DNA from: Saccostrea echinata
Taxonomy: Eukaryota
NCBI RefSeq assembly: GCF_033153115.1
Contig: NW_026889757.1
Location: forward strand, 5,084,001 to 5,148,000
Length of the DNA: 64,000 nt
Direction of reading: 5' to 3'
Shown here: piece by piece, positions 63,009 to 64,000 of the stretch
Numbering within the stretch: the first letter of the stretch is position 1
Layout: the number at the start of each line of letters is the position of its first letter
Made by a program: the position numbers and the translations under genes
The notes under the pieces: generated by a model
Seen by the model: the letters and a program-made list of their open reading frames with translations, nothing else
Databases searched by the model: none
Told to the model about the DNA's origin: nothing

Positions 63009-63647
63009 CAGGGATCGACATTAACAGTTGTCCGATTGCCCGGGACAAGTAAATTCTCAGTTCGGGCAAGTGAAATTGTCGACGTACTTGTCCGATCGGG
63101 CAAGTGAATTTTTTTCATACAAATGTACATATTTATTAAGTTTACATTAATTTATAAATAAAATGATAAATTGAACACTTTTTCCCCAACGCACCTGACT
63201 GACAATGTTTTTGCATTTGGAATTCCTTGCTAGCGTTTCTGTATTATACCGTTCACTTATAAATTGGGTTCGTTATTTTTTTTTTCATTGTAAATACGCT
63301 CTACGTCTAACAAAATTTTGTTAACTTCTTATAGGGATAGGAAATTAGATTATTTATTCGTAGCAACTATCTTCCTTTAGCGTTGCTTCACAGTCATCTC
63401 TGAAAATCACGTTTACAAAAGGATCCTACAAAAAAAAATTTAATGAATTTTATTTAAAGGAAACGGAGGGTTATTGCTGCATGGCAATGTGTGCTAACAG
63501 GTTAAATTTACAAGTACAGTGGTATACATTTATGTACAAATGCAGCATCGCAGATTTTGGGCAACCAAGTTTTGCATTCGGACAAGTAAAAGTCTGAGAT
63601 CACTTGCCCTTCGGGCAAGTGAATCTGAAAGTTAATGTCTATCCCTG
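63009..63647. mobile_element. MITE with CAGGG termini and GGGCAAGT subterminal repeats
   Basis: CAGGGATCGACATTAAC and GTTAATGTCTATCCCTG; CAGGG on both flanks. Confidence 0.7.
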
Positions 63648-63900
63648 CAGGGTATCTAGTTTGTACATACATGTAATCATCTTGAGTATCATTTGGTATA
63701 ATAAAACAACAAAAAAAACTCTTTCAGCAAATAAGAAGTCATGTTATCACATGTAATTTAAAAAAAATTAGGTACATGTACATTAATGAGCTTCAATACT
63801 GCACAGTCGATACAATTCCTGTAAAAAAAAAGTTCAGAAATATTTAAGGACAACTATCACACTCATTTGATATACCATATGGATAAACAAACGGAAACAG

Positions 63901-63935
<35 letters not shown>

Positions 63936-63940
63936 CACAT
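63901..63940. mobile_element. HINE terminus (element likely continues beyond the window)
   Basis: AACAAGAGGCCCATGGGCCACATCGCTCACCTGAG with a palindromic GGCCCATGGGCC. Confidence 0.55.
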
Positions 63941-64000
63941 TGGCAAGGGGGGGGGGGGGGCTTGAATTTTAAACTACCTGATGATGCTTCCATGTCAATA

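Overview
AT-rich, intron-containing animal DNA, most likely an oyster or other bivalve (inferred from Cg170-like satellite units, Helentron-type HINEs and Penelope-like fragments). Host genes: three 10-exon paralogues of a two-TM NIT-domain guanylyl cyclase (14038-19875 +, 40976-36128 -, 45874-50790 +) and a two-exon GT10 alpha-1,3-fucosyltransferase (57828-53742 -). The main discovery is an apparently intact 10,400-bp P-superfamily DNA transposon (22303-32702) with 335-bp TIRs, CA..TG ends and an 8-bp TSD (ATTTAGAG). It carries two spliced, convergent, interleaved genes: a P/THAP9-type transposase (+) and a PIF1-family helicase (-). Each starts in a micro-exon just inside one TIR, and its first intron spans the other gene's body. 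The transposase appears to have an RFX-like winged helix instead of THAP and to lack the P C-terminal domain. That domain's motifs (YLAG...RGL..VS) appear fused to the helicase C-terminus, suggesting a split transposase-helicase machine. Also present: an 8.9-kb Ginger-like element (TGT..ACA, CCGG TSD) whose internal satellite is built from its own TIR motif, conserved X-box-like promoter motifs upstream of all three NIT-GCs, catalytic-site degeneracy suggesting NIT-GC heterodimers, and many MITEs and hairpins. All exon structures were assembled by hand from splice signals, phase and protein motifs; no database search was run.
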